A stretch of 64,000 bases of DNA, from NCBI GenBank assembly GCA_964622675.1, contig CAZUUK010000001.1, positions 17,900 through 81,899 of the forward strand, read 5' to 3'. This DNA comes from an uncultured Planctomycetota bacterium. Lineage in GTDB: Bacteria > Planctomycetota > DG-23 > CAZBND01. Below the pieces are notes generated by a model that worked only from the letters and a program-made list of their open reading frames with translations, ran no database searches and had not been told where the DNA came from. Positions 54,539 through 62,855 of this stretch are shown piece after piece. The position numbers and the translations under genes are program-made. Position 1 is the first letter of the stretch, and each line of letters begins with the position of its first letter.

Positions 54539-55788
54539 TGGAACAACGCGATCTACCGGAAGGTGGCCGACGGATTCACACCGTTGGAGAGATCACCAGA
54601 CTAATAAAGAGCTGCCTAGCGGAACGTTTCTTCGCTGTTTGGGTCACCGGAGAAATATCCAACGTGCGAAGGCCCCAATCGGGGCACTTCTATTTCACCC
54701 TGAAGGGAGAGAGTGCTCAGCTTTCGTGCGTGATGTTTCGCGGCCCCGCTTCGAATATACGCTTCGAGTTGGAAGATGGTATGGAGGTTACCGCTCTGGG
54801 TGACATAGACGTTTACGAGCCCAGAGGTGTTTACCAACTCGTTGTGCGAGCAGTGGAGCCCAAGGGAATAGGGGCGCTGCAGCTTGCGTTTGAGCAGCTC
54901 AAGCGCAGACTCGCGGCGGAGGGCCTATTCGATCCGTCAACGAAGAAGCCTCTTCCCTTCCTCCCCAGCAGTATCGCCATCGTCACATCACCTACGGGCG
55001 CAGCCGTCCAGGATATGCTGAGAATGATCGCGACGCGGTTTCCCTCCGCACGGGTTGTGATATACCCGGTCAAGGTGCAGGGAGAGGGAGCTGCGGAAGA
55101 GATCGCGAACGCTATCGAGGAACTGAACAGACTGAGCCTCGCTGATGTAATCATCGTGGGGAGAGGAGGCGGATCGCTGGAGGATCTGTGGGCTTTCAAC
55201 GAAGAGGCGGTGGCCAGGAGTATACACAAGTCACGAATCCCGGTGATCTCCGCCGTTGGTCACGAGATAGATTTCACAATTTCTGACATGGTCGCAGACG
55301 TTCGGGCGTTAACGCCCACCCAGGCGGGAGAGCTTGTCGTGCCGCGGCTGGAGGAACTACTTGAGAGCCTCGAGTCCTCGAAGATGGGCCTGGCGAGGGC
55401 GCTACGGCGACGGGTTGAACTGGCCCACGCCAGACTGGGCGGCATCACGGCCAGCGCTGCGTTTCGACGGCCGAAAGAATTCATCGAGAAGAGCACGCAA
55501 ATGCTTGACGATGTGTGGACCTCCGCCGGAGAGGCGCTGGCGAGGATGTTGGAAGATAGGAAGGCGGCTGCAGTGCGGCTGACGGAACGCCTGGAGGGCC
55601 TCAGCCCCCTGGCGGTTCTGCGGCGGGGATACAGCATTTGCCTCAAGCTCCCGGAAGGCAAACCCTTAACCGATGCACGAGATGTCCGTCCCGGTGAGGT
55701 CGTCAAGACCGTCCTTGCCCACGGCGATTTCACCTCTGCTGTCAAAGACGTAGAACAAGGAGCTGAACGTGGCAGAGCCGAAATTTGA
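54535..55788 (+). CDS. xseA: exodeoxyribonuclease VII large subunit
   Basis: OB-fold N-terminus (VWVTGEISN...GH.YF.LK), GRGGGSLEDLWAFNEE, SAVGHE.D.T..D motifs. Confidence 0.92.
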   Translation: MMEQRDLPEGGRRIHTVGEITRLIKSCLAERFFAVWVTGEISNVRRPQSGHFYFTLKGESAQLSCVMFRGPASNIRFELEDGMEVTALGDIDVYEPRGVYQLVVRAVEPKGIGALQLAFEQLKRRLAAEGLFDPSTKKPLPFLPSSIAIVTSPTGAAVQDMLRMIATRFPSARVVIYPVKVQGEGAAEEIANAIEELNRLSLADVIIVGRGGGSLEDLWAFNEEAVARSIHKSRIPVISAVGHEIDFTISDMVADVRALTPTQAGELVVPRLEELLESLESSKMGLARALRRRVELAHARLGGITASAAFRRPKEFIEKSTQMLDDVWTSAGEALARMLEDRKAAAVRLTERLEGLSPLAVLRRGYSICLKLPEGKPLTDARDVRPGEVVKTVLAHGDFTSAVKDVEQGAERGRAEI

Positions 55789-56014
55789 GAAGCTCTTGGA
55801 GGAACTGGAAAGACTGGTGGCGGAACTTGAGGAAGGCGACCTGGGACTCGACGATGCGCTGAAAAAGTACGAGGCGGGCGTGAAGGCGTATAAGAAGTGC
55901 CGCGCACTCCTCGAAAAGGCCGAACGCAAGATTGAAATCCTCTTCAAGGATCAGTCAGGTGAGCTCACGCGGCAGGAATTTAAGCCCGGCGGAGACAACA
56001 GCGGGGATAGCTGA
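55769..56014 (+). CDS. xseB: exodeoxyribonuclease VII small subunit
   Basis: FEKLLEELERLVAELEEGDLGLDDAL..YE.G helical hairpin signature; overlaps the xseA end. Confidence 0.88.
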   Translation: MAEPKFEKLLEELERLVAELEEGDLGLDDALKKYEAGVKAYKKCRALLEKAERKIEILFKDQSGELTRQEFKPGGDNSGDS

Positions 56015-56890
56015 TTGGCAGACCTCCAGGAATACATGAGTAACGCGGAACGAGCGATTGACGAGGCCCTTGACAGATACCTGCCGCCGGAATCCGAGCC
56101 GCCGCAGACTCTGCACAAGGCGATGAGGTACAGCGTTTTCAGCCCAGGGAAGCGGCTGAGGCCCACGATGGTGATGATGAGCGCCGAGACGTGCGGCGGC
56201 AGGGCGGCTGACGTCCTTCCGATAGCCTGCGCCCTGGAGATGATTCATACGTATTCCCTGATTCACGATGACCTTCCGGCGATAGATAACGACGATCTGC
56301 GGCGCGGGAGGCCGACCAGCCACAAGGTGTTCGGAGAAGCAATGGCAATCCTGGCCGGCGATGCGCTGCTCACGCATGCTTTTCACATCTTGGCCGAGCT
56401 GCCACCAGCAAACCTGCATGAAATACTGCTCGCCATCACGGAAGGAGTAGGCATCGGAGGAATGGTGAGCGGGCAGGTAGTGGACGTGGAAAGCGAAGGT
56501 AAGGCGCCTGACCTGGATGCGGTGAAATACATTCACCTGAGAAAGACAGCGGCTCCGTTTGCCGCCGCCATGAAGGGAGGAGCGCTGGCCGTGGATGCAC
56601 CGGAGGAAAAGATGCAAGCTCTTTCACGGTATGGCACGGACTTCGGCCTTGCCTTCCAAATCGTGGACGATATACTGAACGAGATCGGCGACGCGGAAAA
56701 GACGGGCAAACCCGTGGGAACCGATCGGGCACTCGGAAAACAGACATACCCGCGCGTGGCGGGAATAGAGGAATCGAAGCGGGCCGCGCGCGAATATGCC
56801 GAGAGGGCGAAACAGTCGTTGGCATCCTTCGGCCCTGAGGCACAGCTTCTGAGAGATCTGGCTGACTTCATCGTCACTCGCGATAGATAG
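56015..56890 (+). CDS. ispA: (2E,6E)-farnesyl/geranylgeranyl diphosphate synthase
   Basis: First Asp-rich motif LIHDDLPAIDNDDLRRG and second motif FQIVDDILN. Confidence 0.9.
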   Translation: MADLQEYMSNAERAIDEALDRYLPPESEPPQTLHKAMRYSVFSPGKRLRPTMVMMSAETCGGRAADVLPIACALEMIHTYSLIHDDLPAIDNDDLRRGRPTSHKVFGEAMAILAGDALLTHAFHILAELPPANLHEILLAITEGVGIGGMVSGQVVDVESEGKAPDLDAVKYIHLRKTAAPFAAAMKGGALAVDAPEEKMQALSRYGTDFGLAFQIVDDILNEIGDAEKTGKPVGTDRALGKQTYPRVAGIEESKRAAREYAERAKQSLASFGPEAQLLRDLADFIVTRDR

Positions 56891-56900
56891 AGTTACGTGC

Positions 56901-57734
56901 ATGAACGTGGTACTCCTGGGAGACTCTCGAAAGGCGGGAGTGAAGCAAACGTTAGACGAGCTTCTCCCCTGGCTTGAGCAAAGGGCCACGGTCGTCGGCG
57001 TTGACCTGGACGACGAGCTTGACCTGGCCACGGTTACCGCCGACATGGTTGTCGTCCTGGGTGGAGACGGGTCCATGCTTTCCGCAGCCCGGCGGATGGC
57101 AGGGAATCAGATGCCTTTGGTGGGGATCAATCTGGGCAGGCTCGGCTTCCTCGCGGAGGTGACTCCGTCCGAGATGAAGGATGTGCTGGAGCGAATCCTC
57201 GCCGGTGAATATCGCATCTCACGCCGCGTTATGCTCGAATGCAAGCTGCTTACCAGAAGCGAGACCCCCGGGTACTCCCTAGGGATCAACGACCTGGTCG
57301 TCTCCCGCCACACGTCGGCACGCATGAGCAGTATCAGGCTGGAAGTGGGGGGCGAAAGGGTGGCGACCTACTGGGGCGACGGCCTTATCGTCGCCACACC
57401 GGGTGGCTCGACCGCTTACTCGCTTTCCGCCGGCGGCCCGATTGTCTATCCGGAGATGGAGGCTTTCATCGTCACGCCGGTTTGCGCGCACGCCCTTACT
57501 CTGCGCCCCTTCGTCACACCGTCGAGTATGGAACTCCGCCTCGAAGTGGAGCACGCCGACAAGTTGACTGCCGCTGTTGACGGTAGGGTAAACTGGGAGC
57601 TGCGCACCGGAGACATTCTTGCCGTCCGGCGAGCAAAGGAAACGCTCTCTTTGCTGGAGCCCGAGGACTTCAACTACTATCATACGCTGGGCACCAAGCT
57701 GCACTGGGGGAAGACGGCCCGTGAAGGTTGTTAA
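56901..57734 (+). CDS. nadK: NAD+ kinase
   Basis: GGDGSML motif, NDLV, STAYSLSAGGPI. Confidence 0.9.
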   Translation: MNVVLLGDSRKAGVKQTLDELLPWLEQRATVVGVDLDDELDLATVTADMVVVLGGDGSMLSAARRMAGNQMPLVGINLGRLGFLAEVTPSEMKDVLERILAGEYRISRRVMLECKLLTRSETPGYSLGINDLVVSRHTSARMSSIRLEVGGERVATYWGDGLIVATPGGSTAYSLSAGGPIVYPEMEAFIVTPVCAHALTLRPFVTPSSMELRLEVEHADKLTAAVDGRVNWELRTGDILAVRRAKETLSLLEPEDFNYYHTLGTKLHWGKTAREGC

Positions 57735-57963
57735 CATTCTTGTGGAATACTGCAAGGGATGCGGTCTGTGCGTCTCGGTCTGTCCCAAAGCTTCGCTGGA
57801 GATATCACCCAACCTGAATCCTCTGGGAACGTACCCCGTGAGGTTCAAGGAGGGTGCCGAGTGCACGGGGTGCATGAGCTGCGTCGTGATGTGTCCAGAT
57901 GCCGCAATCGAGATATGCGAGGTCACCGAGGATGAGCCAGCGGCAGTTGATGAATGCAAATGA
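57721..57963 (+). CDS. 2-oxoacid:ferredoxin oxidoreductase delta subunit (2x[4Fe-4S] ferredoxin)
   Basis: CKGCGLCVSVCP and CTGCMSCVVMCP motifs. GTG 57721 is chosen because the ORF-track extension to 57619 lies inside nadK. Confidence 0.8.
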   Translation: MKVVNILVEYCKGCGLCVSVCPKASLEISPNLNPLGTYPVRFKEGAECTGCMSCVVMCPDAAIEICEVTEDEPAAVDECK

Positions 57964-59017
57964 GGCCCTCGCCGAGGCGGCGATAAGGGTCGGCTGCAGA
58001 TACTATTATGGTTACCCGATAACGCCGCAGCAGGATCTCATCAAATGCATGGCGAAGAGGATGCGCGAGGTGGGCGGGGTATTCCTGCAGGCGGAAAGCG
58101 AGGTGGCATCAATAAACATGGTCTTCGGCACGGCGGCAGCCGGCAAGCGCGCCATGACGGCCTCCTCGTCCCCGGGGATAAGCCTGATGCAGGAAGGCAT
58201 TTCCTACCTCGCCGCGTGTGAACTCCCTGCGGTCATCGTCAATGTACAAAGAGGCGGGCCGGGACTGGGGAACATCGCGCCTGCGCAATCGGATTACTTC
58301 CAGTCCACACGCGGCGGCGGACACGGCGATTACCGCACAATCACGATAGCCCCCCATACGCTCCAGGAAACGATTGACCTGGTTCCGCTTGCGTTCGATC
58401 TGGCCGATAAGTACAGAACGCCGGTCATGTATTTGTTAGACGGCCAACTGGCTCAGACGTTGGAGCCAGCGGAACTCCCGCCGCCGACTGACTTCTCTGA
58501 GCCTGAGAAGCCGTGGGCTTTGACCGGCTGCAAGGGAAGAGAGCCTAACGTAATCAAGTCGCTGCTGCTGGACGCGGATGTCTTGGAGGAACTGAACGTG
58601 AGGCTTGACCGGAGGTATAAGGAGATTATTGCTACAGAGTCGCGGTGGGAGGAAATGGAAGCCGGAGATGCAGATGTCCTCACCGTCGCGTACGGGACGG
58701 CGGCGAGGCTGTGTAAGGAAGCGGTCAAGACCGGGCGACAGGACGGTCTGAAGCTGGGCCTCCTTCGCCCCATAACCCTCTGGCCTTTCCCGGAGAAGGC
58801 GCTCCAGGAAGCCGCGAGACGCTGCAAGGGGGTACTAGCTGTCGAACTCAGCCACGGTCAGATGCTCGACGACGTCAAGCTGGCCCTGGAAGGCGAGCCT
58901 CCCACGTACTTCTACGGGAGGACAGGCGGGAATTTGCCTCTGGTCCCCCGCATTGTAGAAATCGCTCGTGGCATTGCCGAAGGCAGGCATACCGAGGAAA
59001 GGGTGATAAGTGACTAA
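57950..59017 (+). CDS. 2-oxoacid:ferredoxin oxidoreductase alpha subunit
   Basis: [23 protein letters not shown]...[23 protein letters not shown] pattern of KorA/PorA/VorA. Confidence 0.88.
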   Translation: MNANEALAEAAIRVGCRYYYGYPITPQQDLIKCMAKRMREVGGVFLQAESEVASINMVFGTAAAGKRAMTASSSPGISLMQEGISYLAACELPAVIVNVQRGGPGLGNIAPAQSDYFQSTRGGGHGDYRTITIAPHTLQETIDLVPLAFDLADKYRTPVMYLLDGQLAQTLEPAELPPPTDFSEPEKPWALTGCKGREPNVIKSLLLDADVLEELNVRLDRRYKEIIATESRWEEMEAGDADVLTVAYGTAARLCKEAVKTGRQDGLKLGLLRPITLWPFPEKALQEAARRCKGVLAVELSHGQMLDDVKLALEGEPPTYFYGRTGGNLPLVPRIVEIARGIAEGRHTEERVISD

Positions 59018-59753
59018 GGTTATTTACGCCAGACCCCAAGCCCTCAAGCCACGCCTTACGCATTACTGCCCCGGCTGCGGCCATGGCATAGTTCACAGGC
59101 TTGTGGCGGAGCTCATAGACGAGTTCGGCATTCGAGAGAAGACCATAGCCGTCGCTCCGGTCGGCTGTGCCGTGCTGGCCTACGATTACCTCAATGTGGA
59201 CGTGAGCGAGGCTGCTCATGGAAGGGCTCCGGCGGTGGCCACGGGCATAAGGAGGGCCTGGCCCGACAACTTCCTGCTGTGCTACCAGGGCGACGGCGAC
59301 CTGGCCGCAATCGGGACGGCAGAGATCGTTCACGCGGCTAACAGGGGGGAAAACGTCTCATTCATATTCGTCAACAACGCGGTTTATGGAATGACCAAGG
59401 GACAGATGGCCCCTACCACGCTGCTAGAGCAGAGAACGACGACCACGCCGCTTGGCAGGAAACCACACCTCGACGGCTATCCCTTGAGGGTATGCGAACT
59501 CCTGTCAACTTTGGAGGGCGTCTGTTACCTCGAAAGGACTTCCGTGGGCTCCCCGGCCGCCGTTAGGAAGACCAAGAGAGCCATCCGCAAGGTCTTCCGC
59601 GCGCAAATAGAGGGTAGAGGCTTCGCGCTCGTCGAAGTGCTTTCGCCCTGCCCCACTTACTGGCACATGTCGCCGCAGCAGGCAGTCAAGTTCGTTGACG
59701 ATGAGATGACAAAAGTATTCCCTATCGGCATTTATAAGGACTGGGAGGATTAG
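59010..59753 (+). CDS. 2-oxoacid:ferredoxin oxidoreductase beta subunit (TPP-binding)
   Basis: CPGCGHG, GDGD...IG TPP motif, [10 protein letters not shown]. Confidence 0.88.
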   Translation: MTKVIYARPQALKPRLTHYCPGCGHGIVHRLVAELIDEFGIREKTIAVAPVGCAVLAYDYLNVDVSEAAHGRAPAVATGIRRAWPDNFLLCYQGDGDLAAIGTAEIVHAANRGENVSFIFVNNAVYGMTKGQMAPTTLLEQRTTTTPLGRKPHLDGYPLRVCELLSTLEGVCYLERTSVGSPAAVRKTKRAIRKVFRAQIEGRGFALVEVLSPCPTYWHMSPQQAVKFVDDEMTKVFPIGIYKDWED

Positions 59754-59754
59754 C

Positions 59755-60345
59755 ATCGCAACGAACGACGAGAGAGTAATATTTGCGGGGTTCGGAGGGC
59801 AGGGAATATTATCGCTCGGGCGCATGCTGGCCGAATCCGCGGCGCTCCAGGGTCGACACGTTACGTTCATTCCATCCTATGGCGCGGAGGTGCGCGGCGG
59901 CATGTCTTACTGCCACGTTCGCGTTTCTGATGAAGAGATCTACTCGCCAGTTGTCCTGCGAGCAACCACCCTGGTACTCATGAGCCAGGATTCGCTCAGA
60001 CAGTTCCGCAACTCCCTCGACGACAGCGGCATTGCCCTGGTCAACAGCTCCCTCGTCAGAGTTGACGAGACTTTCGCGAAGCACAAGCACATCTTGATCC
60101 CGGCGACGGAGACGGCCTCGGAACTCGGGGACGTGCGCGCTGCGAATATGATTATGCTGGGCGTTTACGACGAAGTGCGCCAATTCGGTCTAGACAAGCA
60201 ACTCGATGCCTGTTTGGAAAAGGCGTTCCCCGGAAAGAAAGGGACGTTCAGGGATATAAACCTTCGTGCCATCGAAGCCGGCAGGAAGCTATACAGGAAG
60301 ACCCTCTCTCGACAAGGGACATCAACGCCAGGCACCTTCGCGTAA
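59755..60345 (+). CDS. 2-oxoacid:ferredoxin oxidoreductase gamma subunit (start codon apparently non-canonical)
   Basis: Family-defining N-terminal motif VIFAGFGGQGILSLG is encoded at 59776-59820, upstream of the first ATG (59824). SD GGGAGGA is at 59743-59749. Only ATT 59749 / ATC 59755 / ATA 59779 are available in frame. Confidence 0.7.
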   Translation: MATNDERVIFAGFGGQGILSLGRMLAESAALQGRHVTFIPSYGAEVRGGMSYCHVRVSDEEIYSPVVLRATTLVLMSQDSLRQFRNSLDDSGIALVNSSLVRVDETFAKHKHILIPATETASELGDVRAANMIMLGVYDEVRQFGLDKQLDACLEKAFPGKKGTFRDINLRAIEAGRKLYRKTLSRQGTSTPGTFA

Positions 60346-60389
60346 AAGCTCTGCCCTCTGACCTCCCCGACCTCCCTTACCGGCCCGGA

Positions 60390-61487
60390 TTAGTCGCCGC
60401 TGCTTTCCCCCGCGACCTCCAGTTCAGTCACGTCAATCACAGGCTGCTCCCAGCCCGGAACGGAATGTTTGACGCCGTTCACCCGCACGCGCTTGAAGAG
60501 AAAGCTGTTGAGATCGACCTTCGAACTTTTGAGAAGGTAAATCGGCCTGTCGCCGACCACAAGCTTGTGCGACGCCGGGCTGTTGATGATGCGCCCCATC
60601 GGCTTGAGCCACCCCTCAGCCAGATAACTCGGCTCCTTCGCCTCCTCCGCTGCCTTTTCCGCTTCGTGCAGACGCTTCTCCATGTCGAGAAGCTTCGCCG
60701 CAAGTTCCTCAGTACCCGTCTGCATCGTCTTGTACTCGTCAACCAGGGACTGGATGAGGCTCAGCGCTTCAACTCTGCGGCGGGCGGACTCTCTGACAAA
60801 TTCCTCCTGCGCCTCCCCGGCCACCTCATTGTAAAGCGCGATTGCCTGGTTGAAGTTGCGCTCGGAGACGGGCTTGCGCAGTTCGGCCACGTAAAGCTCG
60901 TTGGCTTTCGAGAGCTTGAGGGCAAGTCCCTCGCGGGCCTCTTCAGCCGCTTTTTCGCCAGAGAGCTCCTCCGCATACTCGTCCAGGGCGGAGTAGTAGC
61001 TAACGTACGTCCCGGATATCCATGCTGAAGCCTCGGCGGGCGCCTCTATCTGATGCCAGCCATCCTTAGTGCCTACTACCTTCACCTTCGTCCCACTTGA
61101 CACAAGTCCCAACACGTCCGCCTGGCTGCTGGGCATGCACCGGATCCTGACGCGGTCACCTGTTACCCTGCCCTCGGTCGCTCCGCTCACGAAGCTAACG
61201 TAATCCGCAGCAATCCAAGGCTTAACCGACGACGGCACCTGAATCTGCATCCAGCCGTGTTTCTCCGCCCTAACCACCAGCTTATCGCCGCGTTTCGCCA
61301 CGGTAAGGATGGTATAGTTGGTGCCGTCACCTGCGCGAACATGTACCCGGTCAGCGCTCACCTGACCCACGTACGGGAACTCTGCCTGCGAAGGTTCAGC
61401 GGCGGGGGTCGCCGCCGGCTCCTGTGCCGAGGCGGGGTAGCCGAAAACAAGCGCCACAACGAGAGCAAGCAAGAAATAAGGCTTCAT
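60390..61487 (-). CDS. secreted protein with tandem bacterial SH3-like domains and a coiled-coil region
   Basis: Signal peptide MKPYFLLALVVALVFGYPASA. Two to three repeats of the V.ADRV.VR.G....Y.....V..G.K..V type; central E/A/K-rich coiled coil. Confidence 0.55.
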   Translation of the reverse strand: MKPYFLLALVVALVFGYPASAQEPAATPAAEPSQAEFPYVGQVSADRVHVRAGDGTNYTILTVAKRGDKLVVRAEKHGWMQIQVPSSVKPWIAADYVSFVSGATEGRVTGDRVRIRCMPSSQADVLGLVSSGTKVKVVGTKDGWHQIEAPAEASAWISGTYVSYYSALDEYAEELSGEKAAEEAREGLALKLSKANELYVAELRKPVSERNFNQAIALYNEVAGEAQEEFVRESARRRVEALSLIQSLVDEYKTMQTGTEELAAKLLDMEKRLHEAEKAAEEAKEPSYLAEGWLKPMGRIINSPASHKLVVGDRPIYLLKSSKVDLNSFLFKRVRVNGVKHSVPGWEQPVIDVTELEVAGESSGD

Positions 61488-61556
61488 CGCGTCCCTCCCA
61501 AAGCGTGGACCGAAACTCCCTGCGCCAACCAGATCGCTTCTTTCCGGACTGCGTCT

Positions 61557-61808
61557 TTAAAGCTCCGCCTTCACCATATCTCTGATGATGTTGACGAAGC
61601 CGAGGAGCCCATTTTCGGGGATTATGATCGAGTGCTTCCTGCCGCCGCTCTTCTCTGAGATCTTCAGATATTTCCCGCTTCTATTCCGGCGAAGGTCGAA
61701 GAAGAATTTCTTCTTCTCAATCGTGAGCTGTGCGCTTTGAATCTCCTCGTCTACCTGTCGAGCCTCCTCCGATTCCGCCGATATGGCCCTTTCAAACTCG
61801 TCTTCCAT
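61557..61808 (-). CDS. small Pur-alpha-like (DUF3276/PUR repeat) nucleic-acid-binding protein
   Basis: KKKFFFDLRRNRSGKYLKISEKSGGRKHSIIIPENGL matches the PUR repeat pattern (F.LDL..N.RG.FLKISE...R..I.IP..G). Size is 83 aa. Confidence 0.5.
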   Translation of the reverse strand: MEDEFERAISAESEEARQVDEEIQSAQLTIEKKKFFFDLRRNRSGKYLKISEKSGGRKHSIIIPENGLLGFVNIIRDMVKAEL

Positions 61809-61880
61809 GTCCTATCCTCCAAAAACCTGTCCAGTTGCCTCCCGGAACGGATCAGATCCACCGGGTCCCTATCAAAATCC

Positions 61881-61909
61881 ATTGTAGCCCCCCGGGGCTT
61901 AATCGTCAA
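61881..61909 (-). promoter_or_regulatory. sigma70-type promoter (TTGACG-N17-TACAAT) for the PUR-like/SH3 gene pair
   Basis: Minus strand: TTGACG 61909-61904, 17-nt spacer, TACAAT 61886-61881. About 70-nt leader ending in SD GGAGGA. Confidence 0.6.
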
Positions 61910-61988
61910 CCGCTTTCTGTCTCCCGCGGCCTGGCCCGGGAGCGGTTCCCACAGGGGCGCGGGAACACTCGAACCGGCGTCTTCGCGC

Positions 61989-62855
61989 CTAGACCCCCAA
62001 GGACGAGGAAACAAGGTTTCGGTAAGCGGTACGGAGTCTACTTGCAGCAGGCCCGGGGCAATTCGGGAAATCCGCTCCACCCACGTTCCTGACCGGAAGA
62101 ATCTCCATCAAAGAGCTGGTGATGAACGCTTCACTCGCGCCGACGAGTGACTCCAGCCGGATAAGCTTCTCGCAGGCGCTGATACCCAGCCCCTCAGCCA
62201 ATCCCAGCACCTTCGCGCGCGTGATGCCAGGGAGGACGTTGACAGCAAGCGGCGGCGTGAGGAGAACGCCGTCAAGGACAGCGAAGAAGTTGGTCCGGCT
62301 GCCCTCAGCTATGTAACCGTCAGGGGTAAGGAAGAGTGCCTCATCAGCCCCTTGCCTTTGGGCTTCCCGCTGAGCGAGCAAGTTGGAGAAATAAGAAGTG
62401 GTCTTGTGTCCGGCCAGGAAGACATCGCGACTCCTTCGCTCTTTGGCAACAGCCAGGGAAGCACCGCGCGCGTAGAGCTCCGCTGGATACGGCGAACCAC
62501 CCTTCGCGTAAACGAAGACTGATCCCTGACCCTCGCGGTCTCGGATATCCCCCGAGCCGCCGGTCACCGTAAGCCTGGTGTAGCCGGTGGTGATTCTGTT
62601 CGCTTTGATTGTCTGCAAAACAGCGTCGCGCAGTTTGTGCGTTGGGAGCGTCTCAGGCATCTTCAGCTCAAGAGCGGAGCGCCCAAGCCTTTCCAGGTGC
62701 TCGGAAAGAGCGAAAGGCCTTCCGCCGTATACGCGCATGGTTTCAAAGAGCCCGGCGCCATATAGAAATGCGTTGTCGAAGGCAACGACGGCGGCGTCCT
62801 TTGCAGGAACCAGCTTTCCGTCAAGAAAAACGATTTCAGCCACGACTATCGCCAA
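61989..62855 (-). CDS. pabC: class IV aminotransferase fold protein, most likely aminodeoxychorismate lyase
   Basis: Fold-type IV PLP motifs (FLYG.GLFET.R, GYTRLTVTGG, EA.FLT..G...EGS..N.F). Start overlaps the stop of the PabB-type gene. Confidence 0.7.
   Translation of the reverse strand: MAIVVAEIVFLDGKLVPAKDAAVVAFDNAFLYGAGLFETMRVYGGRPFALSEHLERLGRSALELKMPETLPTHKLRDAVLQTIKANRITTGYTRLTVTGGSGDIRDREGQGSVFVYAKGGSPYPAELYARGASLAVAKERRSRDVFLAGHKTTSYFSNLLAQREAQRQGADEALFLTPDGYIAEGSRTNFFAVLDGVLLTPPLAVNVLPGITRAKVLGLAEGLGISACEKLIRLESLVGASEAFITSSLMEILPVRNVGGADFPNCPGPAASRLRTAYRNLVSSSLGV

Noticed and set aside
57619-57720. Extension of the ferredoxin (delta subunit) ORF back into nadK
   Set aside because: It lies entirely inside the well-supported nadK frame. 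GTG 57721 gives a typical 80-aa two-cluster ferredoxin.
61910-61988. GC-rich hairpins downstream of pabC (GTTCCC...GGGAAC and CTCCCG...CGGGAG on the minus strand), considered as intrinsic terminators or a tRNA
   Set aside because: No U-tract follows either stem and no cloverleaf can be drawn. They may still slow transcription, but I cannot support a terminator call.
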